Shown: positions 13,791-28,185 of the stretch, one piece after another
How positions within the stretch are numbered: position 1 is the stretch's first letter
Layout of the letters: every line of letters starts with the position of its first letter
From: Eledone cirrhosa
Lineage: Eukaryota
NCBI GenBank assembly: GCA_964016885.1
Contig: OZ024740.1
Coordinates: 336,846,001 to 336,910,000, forward strand
DNA length: 64,000 bases
Direction: 5' to 3'
Program-made: the position numbers and the translations under genes
Notes under the pieces: model-generated
What the model was told of the DNA's origin: nothing
The model's input: only the letters and a program-made list of their open reading frames with translations
Database searches by the model: none

Positions 13791-14341
13791 CTATAATCAA
13801 GGAGATCATAAATGAATACAACAAAAAATAAACAGTAATGCTAACCAAATAGATTAAAACAAAACGCAAAATTTCAAAGCCTACCAAAAATGTGTTCATT
13901 CCCACCCATGTACAGCAGAAATAATGAAATATCATGAACATATTTCCTCCATTTATCGCTATTCATTGTTTTGAATTCTGCCTAAGATTGATACTGAGAT
14001 CATTTTAGGTTCTCATTTCTCCATCTACCATAAAGGAAGTCTTTGGTTTCTCTTTCCCATACATACACACCAGACATAGAGAGCATAAGTTGGGAGCATT
14101 ACTTTTAATTTTATTAAAGATTGCTTATTTCTCAAAGATATAATAATTTGTAAACATCCAAACCTTATTTATGTAGAATTTGAAGTTGGTGAAAATCATC
14201 AAAATATTGACCCTGAATATAAGCTCACCCATTCTACCATCAATTTTTTTATCACATATTCCTCTGCTTATATTTGAGTATATATGGTAATTTAAATAGA
14301 TACTATGCCCACAGAATACTAGCTCATTCCATTGCAAAGAT

Positions 14342-15308
14342 GGTTCTATAGAAATAGAGGACACCTTCCGTTACCTGGGTGACAAAATCAGCAGTGGTGG
14401 AGGGTGCTCTGAAAGTACAATAGCTAGAGTCAGAATGGGATGGAAAAAGTTCAGAGAGCTTATACCACTATTAGCCGCTAAAGGGTTCTCTCTAAAAATG
14501 AAAGGCAGGCTGTATGATGCCTGCATACGAACAGCAATGTTACATGGCAGTGAGACTTGGGCATTGTGTGCAGAGGATATACGCAGACTGGAGAGGAACG
14601 AAGCTTGCATGCTCCGTTGGATGTGTAATAGTAATATACGTGAACGGCAAAGCATAAATGAACTAAGGGAGAAATTAGGAATAAGAGGAATCAGATGTTG
14701 TTTACTCGAGAGAAGACTACGTTGGTATGGTCATGTGATGCGCATGAAAGACGACAGCTGTATAAAAAAGTGCAGGGCGATAAAAATAGACGGTAGCCAC
14801 GGAGTAGGCAGACCCAGAAAAACCTGGGACGACTTGATAAATTCCGACCTCACACACTTACACCTCTCCAAGACAATGTCACTGGACCAAGATCTTTGCC
14901 GCTACACAGTAATACAGAAGACCTTGCCTAAGCACAAAGCGAAACCTACAGTCAGTAGGCACCTCTAACAAAAATACAGCCCCCGTTCCAGCAGCCCCAC
15001 CCCATCCACACCACCCCTTTCGATGTAAAGTTATGTTGGTACCACAACATCCAGTCCGAAATAAATGAGGTCGTGTAGGTATCACGAAAAAAACACACAG
15101 TCCACGCTGTAATGTGGTCGTGTAGGTAACACGGTAAAAACCTCCCAGTCCACACTGTAAACGTGGTTGGTGGTAGGAAGGGCATCCAGCCGTAGAAAAC
15201 CCGCCAGACAGTCCTATACAAGCAAGACAACCAATCCTGCCTCAAGTGGGAAAATTCCCGTCCAAACCCATGCAAGCGTGGAAGATGGACGTTAAACGAT
15301 GATGATGA
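14342..15308 (+). mobile_element. 5'-truncated RTE family A copy in an SREBP intron (antisense to the gene)
   Basis: Highly similar to 41566-42545. (GAT)n tail. Confidence 0.93.
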
Positions 15309-16212
15309 CTATGAGTCATTTCAAATGACATTTCATTGACATTTTTGTATTTTAGAAATGACATGACACTAGAATATTAGGCACTATTTCTACTTTTACA
15401 CTTATTTCTCATCTTGCTTTTTATACATTTCCATTGAGTATCAAACGTAATGTCTTGTTTTTTTTAGATTTTAAAACACACTATATATATTTGAATTAAC
15501 AAATGTTAAGAATTAATTCAACAGCTAAGTCAGTTTAGTTCCTTGGCTTTTTAGTTCATATCTAACCCTTTAGCATTTAGACTAGCCATATCCAGCCAAA
15601 ATTCTCTCAACTCTTTCTGTTCAAACTGGCTGTTGTTAAGGTATTGTTCTCAATATAAATATCAAAATTTCATAGCTTCGATATTATCTGAGATAAGTAA
15701 GTAAGGTAAAGCCTTTACTGTGAAAATATACTAGTAAACATAGAGTAATGTAAATGCCGTTATTTGGTATTGCTATGTCGAATACTCTATTGTCATGAGA
15801 AAAGGATGTCTTGCCTGAACAACTGCAAGAATTAATATTATCAGCTAATAAGTCATGTATGTTGGGGGAGGTGTGCTATTTAGCACATCTATACTGTTTC
15901 TAGAATAGTTATGCAATATCCCTGCATGTCCTAAGAGACAACAAAGAGTTGGTATTAGGAAGGGCATCCAGCCATAAAAACACTGTGTCAAAAAGTCCCT
16001 ATCCAAATCAAGCTAACATGGAAGAGTGGACATAAAAACGATGATGATGTATATATTAGGTGATGATCTGGTGATCGTAATAGCACACACATGAGAAATA
16101 GTTCAATGTTAAAAATAGAGTATTATATATAGATAATTATTCATATTTTTACAATGTGGCTGCAATGTTTCAGCAAACATGTAATCACTAAGCTTTGTAG
16201 TTTTTGTAACAT

Positions 16213-16436
16213 ATAGGGTGAATCCTAAGTAATTGGGTAATCAATGCAATATTTATTGCAAGGTTCATATTGAGGAATGGGGTCAGCTTTTCAAACACTT
16301 ACTTTAATTATATTTTTTTAACCACTTTTGTTTGATTTATTTATAATTTTGTATTGCATAACCAGAAATTTGGTAAATATTATCATTTGGAATTATAAAT
16401 GTTGATTGCCCCATTACTTATATGACTCACCCTGTG
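16213..16436. mobile_element. Tc1/mariner-type MITE
   Basis: ~30-bp imperfect TIRs, AGGGTGAATCCTAAGTAATTGGGTAATCAA / TTGATTGCCCCATTACTTATATGACTCACCCT. Confidence 0.65.
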
Positions 16437-16543
16437 TATACCATCATCATATGATACAGGATGAAGAGGGTGTTTAAAACATTAGATATAAGTTTAGTTG
16501 GAATAACTATAATAGTTCCGATAGTAGTTCGATACCAGCCACA

Positions 16544-16758
16544 TTAACCCTTTAGCATTTACATTATTTTATATTTACCAGTGTATTTTCACAGTAAAGG
16601 TTTTATCTTATATAATTATCTCTCATAATATCGAATCTATGAGATTTTGATGTTATTTATTTTAATGTATGTATGAGCGGCCAGTTACAGCCAGCTTGAA
16701 CAGAAAGAGGTAAGAGAGTTCTGGTTGGATACAGCTGGTTTAAATGCTAAAGGGTTAA
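16544..16758. mobile_element. piggyBac-type MITE (~210 bp); relatives at ~15562-15760, 28963-29171, 29470-29679, 33648-33861
   Basis: TTAA-CCCTTTAGCATTTA ... TAAATGCTAAAGGG-TTAA terminal inverted repeats. Confidence 0.85.
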
Positions 16759-16867
16759 ACTATTTTGACATTGGTTCAGAATCAGTGATGAGCATGTATT
16801 GCTGGTGCAGATGTTTCTAAAATTCTAGTCAGACACAAAATACAATGAATGAGAAGTAGCAATTTAC

Positions 16868-17095
16868 CGGCGTATTTTGTAACGATGTAGCTTGTGTGAG
16901 GCTAACAATTGGCTGTTGTATCGAAGATGTTACAGTAACTGCTTGTAACTGGGCTTGGTTGATGAGCATAGCTTGTGCTAGCTGCTGTTGTTGCTGTTGT
17001 TGCTGTTGTTGTTTTTGTTGTTGTTGTTGTTGTTGCTGCTGATGTTGTTGTTGCTGTTGCTGCTGTTGTTGTTGTTGTTGTTGCTGTTGTTGTTG

Positions 17096-17159
<64 letters not shown>

Positions 17160-17634
17160 GGTGGTGGTGATAAAATCTGTGGAGTCTGCACAATAGGACC
17201 AGTATTAACCACATTGGTTACTTCCATAGGTTGAGGCTGTGAAAGAGCTGGTGTTTGTATTTTAAGATCATCTTTGTGTTGGGAAGGTAACAGTGATGCT
17301 TTCAGCTTAGCAAGGAGCAACAACTGGTCATCAGTTAAGTTGATGCAATCGGGGAGATTCTTATCAGAAGCAGGAGCTACTTCAGTTTTTATGAACCCAT
17401 CAAGGACCTGTTGATTGTCAACAGTTTTCTGTGGGATCACTGCTGTTACTACATTAGAAACAACAGGGGAAGTCTTTGGTGCTTCTTCTTTCTCGGGTTT
17501 GACAAAATTAAATGAATTAGCCAAATCTTCAGACAGCAATTCTGGATCTTGTTTAATATTGAAATTAAGTTGACCTCCAAAGAGATCATGTTCTGGTAAG
17601 TTTTGTCCATCAGGATAAATATATTTTATCATAT
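16868..17634 (-). CDS. SREBF: SREBP coding exon (acidic activation domain continuation plus ~60-codon polyQ tract)
   Basis: Acceptor tttcag|AT ATG (phase 1, D-M-I-K-Y, like the vertebrate exon 2 start D-M-L-Q-L). Donor CCG|gtaaat at 16867, phase 0. Open frame throughout. Confidence 0.88.
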
Positions 17635-17828
17635 CTGAAAATGAAACAAAAGAAAAACATGTTAAATGCTGTGTTTCAAATCTAGGTTTCTATTTTAAAA
17701 TCATCTTTTTTATACTTTTGTTGTTTGCTGAAATACAAAGGATAAAAACTTAGTGAAATCACATTATCATGCAAGTGTTATAAATATGGAAGGAAGAAAT
17801 ATGTAAATTAGAATTAAATTAACATAAT

Positions 17829-18002
17829 TGTTTCTACTTTTTGGCACAAGGCCAGCAATTAGCCAGTTCATTACTGGTACTTTATTTTATCGACCTCGTA
17901 AGGATGAAAGGCAAAGTTAACCTCGGCGGGATTTGAACTCAGACCGTAAAGGGACGTAACTACGCTGGAAAGCATGGCGTCCGACCCTCTACCGATACTG
18001 CC
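17829..18002 (-). mobile_element. Nin/Deu-like SINE with a 17-bp target-site duplication
   Basis: AATTAAATTAACATAAT at 17812-17828 and 18003-18019. Confidence 0.88.
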
Positions 18003-20344
18003 AATTAAATTAACATAATGTTTTGGTAAAATGAATGTGAGTTTCGTAGGCAGTTAGATGTGCAAAGATCCCTGTTTTATTTAAATGAGTGAGGGTTGTC
18101 AACAAGAAGGGCAATATACCATAGGATTCTACCTCAAAAGCTCTCATCCAACCTATGCAAGCATGAAAAAAATGGACAAACACACAGATTATATGTGCAT
18201 GTATATCATATATATTATTGTAATTGAGGTTGGTGCTATGAAGGGCATCCTGCAGTAGAAACCATGCAAAAATCAGTTCTGTATGTGCAAGACATGGTCA
18301 CCTGACTAAGCATTGCCCACAACAGGACAACCCGTCTAAGCCATGTTAGCGTGGAAAAATTGATGTAAAACGGTGATGATATTGATTATATATATATATA
18401 TATATGAACATGACCGCACGCGCACACACACACAGTGTGTGTGTGTATGAAGCTTTAAAATAGAATCTCATTTAATAATTAACTGTTACTAGTTAGTGAC
18501 TAATAAGTCACAAAGAAAACATATCAGTAATCACAATATATTTGCATATTTATCAATGAAACATTGGAGACAACTATTTATGACAATAGTAGAGGTTGAA
18601 GGCAGTGGATTAACAGAATTGTTAAAAGTATCAAACTAGATACTTTATACTATTTTTTCAACTCCTTGCATTCTCAGTTCAAATCTCACTGTGGTCAGTT
18701 GGCCAGTTTAAATCAACCATCTGGCCCTTGGGCGCCTTTAGCAGTGTCTACTCTGTGGCAAGGATTTGGGCCAGCTTTCTATTTGAGGATAACTTCCTCC
18801 TTCCTTCCTAACTTCCTAACTTCCTCCTCCTTTCCTTGGATTCCCTGAAGTAAGTCACTGGCATAGCCCTTCCTTCTCTGACTAAACAGTAAAACAAAAA
18901 ATAACCTGAAACCAACAAATCAGAAAATAGCGGCAAGTTCCTATTGACATATAAATGAAAATCATACAACTATGTGTATTAAATATGGATTTCATTAAAA
19001 CAGTTTAAGTGAAGACTAAATTTCTGAGGCTTAGAGATATAAACCATAAAAAAAGACAGTTTATCAAAGTCCTTAGGTAAAGCAGAAAGCTATCTAAACA
19101 AAGATCAGTTTAACTAGTTATTGTTGTTGTTGTTGTTGTTGTGTGCGCGTGCATGTGTGAGTGTTATCATTGAAGGTCAAGTGTGTAAGTCCTTCACATA
19201 GATTTGTTTAATGTCAAGAGAGTTTCAATTTATAGGACTAGAATAGATTGTAGTTCCTCATGATCAGCTGACTGTTCAAACATAAAATGAAAGAAAAAAA
19301 ATTCGATAAGCAAATGACAAATCTGTCATCATGTAGTACAAAGAAGAACAGTTTTTAGAGTGTGTTGTAAAATGTCTAGTGGTATGTCTAACACATTAAT
19401 AGACAGTAGAAAAGCAGGTAAAATAAAACTTTTAAAAAACTGTCAAAATCTATGTTGTAGTGCTGTAAGACTATATCTAATGTTTAGTCAAGAGAAAGGG
19501 CAGACTGATGAGGAAGAGGGGAAAAGATTCTCAAACTAGAAACCAGATTGGATGCTCGTAACAGTGAGGACTACACTAAAAGGCACCTAAGGGCCAGGTG
19601 GTGGTGTTAAACTGGGTGAGCCAAGGAGGTCCCAGCAGGATTTGAACATAGAATGCAAAAGAGACAGAAGAAATACTGCAAGACAGCCTATCTGATGCTC
19701 TAATGACTTTGCCAATCCACCACTATAGACTGGTAGTTTATTTATTGAGCCCGGTAGGTTGAAAGGCAAAGTTGACCTTGGCAGTCAACTAGGAGGTGGA
19801 ATAAATAACACAAGGCATTTCATTTAATGATCTAGCTCTTTTGTTAATTCAGTAAGATGTCTCTGTCTGAAACGTTTATCTTTACGTAGCCAACACATCA
19901 CAAGATTATCATGTCTATTGACTATTTGTGTGAATGTGTATTATATATATGTGTGTGTGTGTGTGTGTGTTAGTCCCGAGTTCAATCAGGGGTAACCCCA
20001 GTAAGTGAAGTACTCAATACATTAGTAGATTCCTGATGATTTCTTTCGATTGAAACAGTTCCAGTCTTGTACAAGCCATTTATATATATATCATCATCGT
20101 TTAACGTCTATCTTCCACGTTATATATATATATATACGATATTAACAAATGGAAACTATATTTATAAAACCATATTTATTTCATTATACATATTTCAAGG
20201 ACACCAATGTATAATGAAATAAATATGGTTTTATAAATATAGTTTCCATTTGTTAATATCGTATTTTTACTCCAATTATTTGTTGAGTGCTTTATATCAG
20301 TTATAAAAATATTTGCTTGTTGTATCCCAACAATTTAAATAGAA

Positions 20345-20414
<70 letters not shown>

Positions 20415-20830
20415 TGTATGTTTTTGTTTACTTTGAGATATCCACCATTTTTACTGCTAACCCATAGTGGTATCTATTATCACTTAATTCCAAGTCAGTT
20501 TAAACATCTATCATTGGTCAACCAGTCCTGTAGCAGTTAAATTTCCCACCCTAGCATTTATAAGACCTAAAGTCCAACACCGAATCCTTGTCATTGGAGG
20601 TGGCAATAGATAAAGTAAGGCATCATGTGATGATGTGTTTCTTCCCACAAACCAATAACTGCTATCCCAGGTCACCCTGAAACATCTAGCTAATGGAGAG
20701 GGGGGGTTTCTAATAAAGCTGAGCAATTGCTCAAAAAAAATATACAGAGATTTTTATTTTTATTATGACAGGCTGAATGAGTTGGGGTCCAGAACCCAAC
20801 AAAGCACCTGTTTATGTCGCTGTTTTAATT

Positions 20831-21266
20831 CATCATCATCACCGTTTTACGTCCGTTCTTCCACGCTAGCATGGGTTAGACGGGTTGTCCTGTTGTGGGC
20901 AGTGTCCGGTCGGCTGACCTTGGCTTGCTCATATGGGAACTGATTCTGGCTTGATTTCTACAGCTGGATGCCCTTCCTAACACTAACCTCATTTACAGTG
21001 AGTGCTGGGTGCTTTTTTTCTGTGGCGCCTACACATCCACTTTACAGTGTGAGCTGGGTGCTTTTTTGCCGTGGCACCTCCACAACCACTTTGCAGTGGA
21101 ATGATAGGGACCCCAGTCCTATCATCTCATTTCTACAGCTGAGTAAATTGGAGCAATGTGAAATAAAGTGTCTTGCTCAAGGAAACAACATCACCTGGTC
21201 CAAGAATTGAACTCACAACCTTTCGATTGCAAGCCCAATGCTCTAACCACTAAGCCATGTGCCTTC
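20831..21266 (-). mobile_element. tRNA/CORE-like SINE, longer variant with a different RTE-type tail
   Basis: Same head and body, internal duplication, alternative 3' end. Confidence 0.8.
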
Positions 21267-21955
21267 ATTTATAGATATATATATATATAATAAAACAGAA
21301 GAAAATAGAGGAATCAAAATTAAACTTCAAGCCTCATGTCATGCTGCAGATCACCAACCTCATATCCCCATAATACCTTTCTGATAGAAGTGCCTGGGCA
21401 ATAAATATGGTTATGAATGAGTTAAATAAAAACAGAAAAAGTTGACATGCTGTGTGATGAAATGGAGATTGTTATTTTGGACAGAGCTTTTCATCAAAAT
21501 GCAAAGCAGCCTTTCGTGAAGAAATTGACTGAAATTAGTGCGGTGTGGTGTGATGCGGTGCGATGCGGTGTGGTGTGCCACAGCTTGCAGTAGATTATAA
21601 ATACACCCCATGAAAACAATAACTGAACAACATCAAGCAAATGAACAATATTTATTAATAGGTCATTTCAGCTATTGTCATTCATCTTCATTCAATGATG
21701 ATCATTACTATATTAATACTTAAATCAGCTTAAATATGAATTTGAACTAAAACTAAATAGTACTGTCTTCCACAGAGTACTGTTTGATTTAAAGTAGAAG
21801 ACATAATTTCTGTAAACATTTCAATTTTTTTTCTTCTATTTAATCAGTGTGAGTATGAGTGTCCATGACTCTCTTCAGGCTGAAATACTTGCAACAAAGT
21901 GAATTCTGCTGAAGGCACCCAAACACCAGATAATGGTGTTAAATCAGATGACTGA

Positions 21956-22202
21956 TTAACCCATTTGATTGCAAACCATCTGAAACCACCCAAGATTCTA
22001 CAATACGGAACTGTTTGTTTTAAAGAGTTTATATTTATCTAAAAACCTATCGTAATTTTATGTTAAAACCTTTAAGTTATGTTACCAATACTAGGTTAAT
22101 AATGAGGAAGCTATATTACTAAAAAATCCATGATTATTTTCAAAATGATTTGAAAATTAGAGGTAGTGTCTTTCATTAGAAATATGGCAATGAAAGAGTT
22201 AA
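21956..22202. mobile_element. Older TTAA-flanked MITE
   Basis: TTAACCCATT...AAAGAGTTAA degenerate termini. Confidence 0.5.
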
Positions 22203-25200
22203 GCCTACTACCCTGGTAGACCAACATAAGATTTAAACTTAGAGCCTAAAAAGGGAGAACAAATACTGCAAGGTAGCTCCTCTAACACTAATAATTACAC
22301 CAATCTACTGCTCACTGCTCTGAACTGGTACTTTCTTAACCCTGAAATGATGAATGGCAAAGCTGACCTTGGCAGCATTTCAACTCAGAGCGCAAAGTCT
22401 TTTGTCAATTTTCTACCATGATGGTGAAACTGTACTGTATATGGAATACTTCAAACACTATAATCATATCTTTGATGCACCTTCTTCCATTATTACAGAA
22501 AAATGAAAGAAAAGAAACAAAAATATTTTGATTGAATAACAATTGTAGAACCAGTAATTAAAATGCTTATTACAATTTATACAGCTTTAATTACTACAGT
22601 ATTGTTATAAAATGTAACCAGCATCAATATTTGTTAGCCTCTAATTTGCAGTAATATCATCAGTTTAGGACCACTTTCCCTGGCACAGCTTGGGTCGATT
22701 GTCATAGTCCACATCAGTTCTTATTCAGAGTTACTGCCTCTTTAACATGTCAAAGGACCGCATCTCACTAGTATATTCCAATTTTTTATGTGGTTTCTAC
22801 AGTTGGACACTCTTCCTAGCAACAACTACTTTACAGTGTGTATTGGTACATTTTATTGTGGAACCAGCACTAAAGAGGAAAAAAGGGTCCTGTCAATCTT
22901 ATGTTAACTCCACTACTTTACAACAATAATTATTGAATTTTATAACATTCCATAACAAAGCAGCCATTTTCTACACAAACAAATTGTGCGAAAAGATCAA
23001 AATTGGAAAGATACAAATAATATCTGGGCATATAAATGGTTTTAATCAAAAGGAAAAATAAACAACCAACATCATTAAAAAAAAAAAGGCAATGGCATTT
23101 GAGAAAGAAAGATTACAGTTTATGTACAACAATGTGCCTTCATAGAAAATCTGCAGCTGTTTAAAACAAATATTTTCTGGCCTTTTAGTGGAAGCTTAAT
23201 CTTTTTTGGTGCCATTTATCAATGGTATAAAGTCACAATGAGATATCATAAGAGATTGTGAGGTCAGGAATTTGTGGTGACCATGATGATTTTAGTTTGT
23301 GTGTTTCATGTGTAACAAATGTGGTGCAATATTGCTACGTTGATGTGATTAGTAACTGTAATTTGTTGTTGAAGTCAAATGTGTATGTTCCCATTGGTGG
23401 ATGTTTAAATCCAGGTCACTATTCATAGAAAGGTATGTCTGATGTGGAGTATCTAGGTTGTATATGGAAGATGGATGTGTGCAGAAGATTAACTTGGTGT
23501 CTGCATGTAAAAGCTTTTCTTGAGCCTAAAAATTCATCAGGCCAGAGCTTATCCAGTTTTTAGTTATATCAATCTGGTGGAGTTCATCCATTTTCAGCGT
23601 AGATGCCACAATAAAATGTACCCTATATCCACTGTAAAGCCACTGATGAAAGGAGATTACATAAGATAGAGAGAATTCATTAGTCTTGCTGAAGACATGA
23701 TAACCTTTCTAGTGCTGTTGCCATGATAAAATGCACTCAATACACTCTCTTATATGGTTCGTGTTAAGAAAGACATCCACTTGTAGAAACCATAGCAACA
23801 ATTGGAACATATAGGTGAGACGTGATCCTCCGACCTGTCTAGGAGGGCAATAACTTCGAATAAAGAACTGACTGAGACAGTAAGAACCCATCAAACCCAT
23901 GCTAGCATGTAAAGAGGATGTAAAATGATGGTGATGATTGATGATGATAATAACTATGACCAAATATAACATAGCATATAATAAATGAAAAAAAGTATTT
24001 CAAGCAGAAATTAAATCTACACTGAAGACTTGATTTGCTGACATCATACCACCATTTTATATTGGCACCACTAAGACTGTACAATGAGCCTAAAAATATA
24101 CTTGGTAATCATTGACAGAGCCTAAAAATATATTTGGTAATCATTGACAGATGATTGCTTACATCAACACTGTTGTTGATAATTTGAACAACTAAGCATC
24201 AATTATCACAGCTGTAATCCCAAGTAAACTATAAAACTATCAGTTGATCACCCTCTCTCTTACAGTTTTATTACATCTCTTTATCAGGTTTTAGACAAGA
24301 TTTTATTGTACACAAATATTCAGACTGTCCACTGACAAAGAAATGCATGATATTCCAACTGTCATGTTGCAGTATTCATGTGTGTGACAAGAAGGTATTT
24401 ATCTAGAAGTACACTGTACTAAGTAATAGTCAACAAGTAGGAAAGAACTCCATGTTAAAAACAGTGTATTATATGAGTAGAAGTTTATAATACACCAAAG
24501 TTGCTTAGGAAATATCTTTCTTTAAACACTGTGGCCATATTTTAATTTTTTTTTTTTAGAATGAATTTTATATAAAACTCTAGTTTGGGTTCCATCTCAC
24601 TACATGACAATTTGAGCAAGTATCTACTATAGCCTGAAGCTGATCAATAAATGCCTTGCTAGTGAATTTAGTAGACGGAAACTCTAAGGAAGTTCATATG
24701 TGAGTATGTATGTATTAGTTTACTGCATGCATTTTCTTATTGTGCTCAACAGCATAATGGTTTCACAAAGATAAGCAGTATATACCATACTTATAAAGTA
24801 TGGGTTAGCATCATAAAGTGCATCCAGCTGTTGAAAAAACTGCCTCAAAAAGTTTCATTCAACCCGTGTTAGCATAGAAAAAGCAGCCATAAAAATGATG
24901 ATGATGATGATGATGATGACAATGATGGTGGTGGTGGTGGTGCTGACATTAGCACACTTGATACATTTCTGAATTTACAACATAGATGATAAAGAGAATG
25001 AGAACTTAATGACAATAAAAACAAACATAGCCTTAAAAAAATAAACCAAACCAAAGATGTTATCAAATATCACATGAGGAATAATTCAATTATCTTTTAT
25101 TACATTCTAGTTTATCACCAGACCAGCAGTAATAATATTACCTCGTCATCAAATTCAGAATACTAACATGGATTTGTGTGTGATATAATATTGATTTAAA

Positions 25201-26822
25201 TTAGCAAAGACGAAACAAAAATAAATACACTAAATGAATATGAAAAAGATAGAGAAAAATTAATTCATGGTGAAAATTCGAAAACAGATTAAACACAGAT
25301 AACAACATGCCGAAAGCAAAAACTTGACCAAAAATTAGAGATATAATGATTGCAAGAATCTTTAGTTAATTTAACCATTTGATGTCAAATTATTTTGGGG
25401 AAAATGGCTAGCATAACCAGAGACTGCCATTTTTGTTGATGAATTAATTATAAATCATGAGAGGCATTAATGTGGTAGACAATATTTAAAACAATTACAT
25501 CGTGGAAAAAACATGATAGCCATTTAAAATACAGACATGCTGTTAAATTGAAAAATTGAAATAAAATTTATAGCTCAAACTATGCAGGTTTAGCTGGCCT
25601 CCTATGATGCTTCACATAGGTTTTGGAAGTTGTTTTAAAGATAGGGGCTTTAGTTTTATCATAAAAAACAATGTGAAATTAAGGAATCAAACCCACAACC
25701 TTATGATAACAAATCCAACACTCTAAGGCACCTTCAATCACTAGGCCACATTTTATCTTTAATAATTAAGTGTCAAAATATGTTGTACATCTATGACCTG
25801 ATCACTGACAGCTCCACTGCACCTGTTCACACATTGAAAGTTTTGACACTTAACACTTAATAAATAATACTTTCATAAGATAAGAAAATATATAAATATA
25901 AATGCAAACATGGTCATGTGGTTAAGGAATTCGTTTTGCAATCACATTTTGGGGGATTCAGTTCCACTTCATGGCACTTTGAGCAAATGTCTTCTACTAT
26001 AATTTCAAGTTACCCAATGCCTTGTGAATGAAATTTGGTAGCCTGTCATGTGTGTGTGTGTGTGTGTGTGTATCTGTGTGCAATTTTGTACTGATATAAG
26101 TGTCTTTGCTTATGTTTATTGTGATTACATCTCTTAAGTTAGCAGTTCAGCAAATAGAAATCAATAAAATAAGTACAAGACTTGAAAAACTAAATACTGA
26201 GGATGATATGATTGACTAAACCATTTGAAGGCAGTGCTCTAACAGGCTGTAGTGTATGACTGAAACCAGTAAAAAAAAAAAAAATGGTCTATATGTTTGT
26301 TTTTAAAATGGTTATGATTGTCCCAAAATGTAATTGTTACAATTTCAATACAAATCACAAGTCAAATAAATAAAACTCTGAAATATATTTTTCTAAACAT
26401 TTCAAGATAGAAATATATATATTACTCTACCAATTCAGACACTTAAAAGACAATAACTGTTTGTATTAATAGCGTTTTATGTATCAACAAGTGGTTGGAA
26501 TTTAAATGCGAGTTATATATATTTTAAAAAATAACGAAAGATTAACAAGGATTATTCTTATACTATAAGATTTAATAGATTTCCAACAGTTTCGCTAGAC
26601 TAAGAAAAATATTATGTTCCTGCAAGAATAATTCCTCAGAATCGATCATACAAATAAATATCTTATATGTTTTAAAAATTCCAGTAAAAAAAGTGCGAAA
26701 AACGTTAAAACTTACGGAAGCCGAAAGACGTGTGTGTGTGTATAGATAGCTCTTGCCGTTTCAACAGCTATCGAGTACACAGTTGAGTAATGGTCTAACT
26801 AGTTTAAACTGGTTCTATCCAG

Positions 26823-26864
<42 letters not shown>

Positions 26865-27372
26865 AATATAAAAATGGCTTCTACAAGACTAGAATTGTTT
26901 CATCCGTATAAAATCACCAAGAATGCCTCATATTAAACTTCAGTTTATTATATCATGAAGTAATATATTACATCATATATATATATTTCAATAACCAGTG
27001 GGTACTATAAGGTATTATATATATATATATATGCATGGTCCTGTCCGTAACTCCTTCCTAAGGGAGTTGTAGAGGTGCTGTATTGACATATGGTGTTTCT
27101 AGGGCATTTTAAAATCTGGCAGAGTCCACCCAGGTTTGAATACAGCAGATCTCTTCCAGAGAAGGATAGAGAGAGAGTGAGAGAGTGGATGTGAGAAAGA
27201 GACATAGAGGAAGAACCAACCCTAGTACTTTACTGGTACTTTTTGGGGGATGAACGGCAAAGTTGGCCGCAGTGGGATTGGAACTCAGAGAGCAGAGAGT
27301 CGAAATGAATACCGCAAAGCATTCTATCCGATGTTCTAAGAACAGCCAATTCACTGCCTATATATATATATT

Positions 27373-27403
<31 letters not shown>

Positions 27404-28131
27404 GAGAGAGAGAGAGAGACTTATAATTAATTTACTGAGTGTATACAAGTGTGTTTCAATGTATACACAATGAAATACATTCTGTCAAAAAAGTTTTGAT
27501 GAAACCTTCGACCATTCTTCCATGTTTTATCACTTGCACACACGCACGCTACGTTAAACATATACATATATGGTGTGATAACACAATGACCACCAAATCC
27601 AGAGATCAGTATTCAGATAACACATGGTAATGAAATGTCATAAAAACAGCTGAGAATAAAGTTCAATGAACTTTGAACTTACTTGAACAGTAAATTAGAT
27701 AAATATTTAAGGAAATTAATAAATCTTGTCTTGGGAAATATATGCGCTTGAATGTATATGTGTGTGTGTGTATGATAATGTGCATATACTGAAGAAGTAG
27801 AAACACAACAACAAGCCCTGCAGTTTCAGCTTGTTCCCTTAAGCATTCTTGAGGGTAAGTACATTCTGTCATTTGCTGTTAAGTTACACTCGCACAGTGT
27901 TATACCTTTTCAACCATCAGCCTTCCCAAGAAAGCTTAAGAGCACAACTGAAACAGCAGGGCTCGTGGTCGGGATTCTACTCCTTATATTCATAGTCATG
28001 TGTCATCTCCTTCATGAGGTAAACCTTGACCACATTACCCCATGTTTTCCTGGACCTACCCCTGCCACAGTTTCCATTAATACATATATATATATGTATT
28101 GAGTACTCATTTTCACATCCATCAACATCAC

Positions 28132-28185
<54 letters not shown>

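Noticed and set aside
13423-13941. 172-aa T/A/S-rich ORF
   Set aside because: Wrong frame of the SREBP Q-rich exon. Splice phases select the Gln frame.
20030-20075. CTGATGA...GAAAC hammerhead-like string (also CTGATGA at ~19505 and ~32805)
   Set aside because: No convincing stem I/II pairing, or no GAAA.
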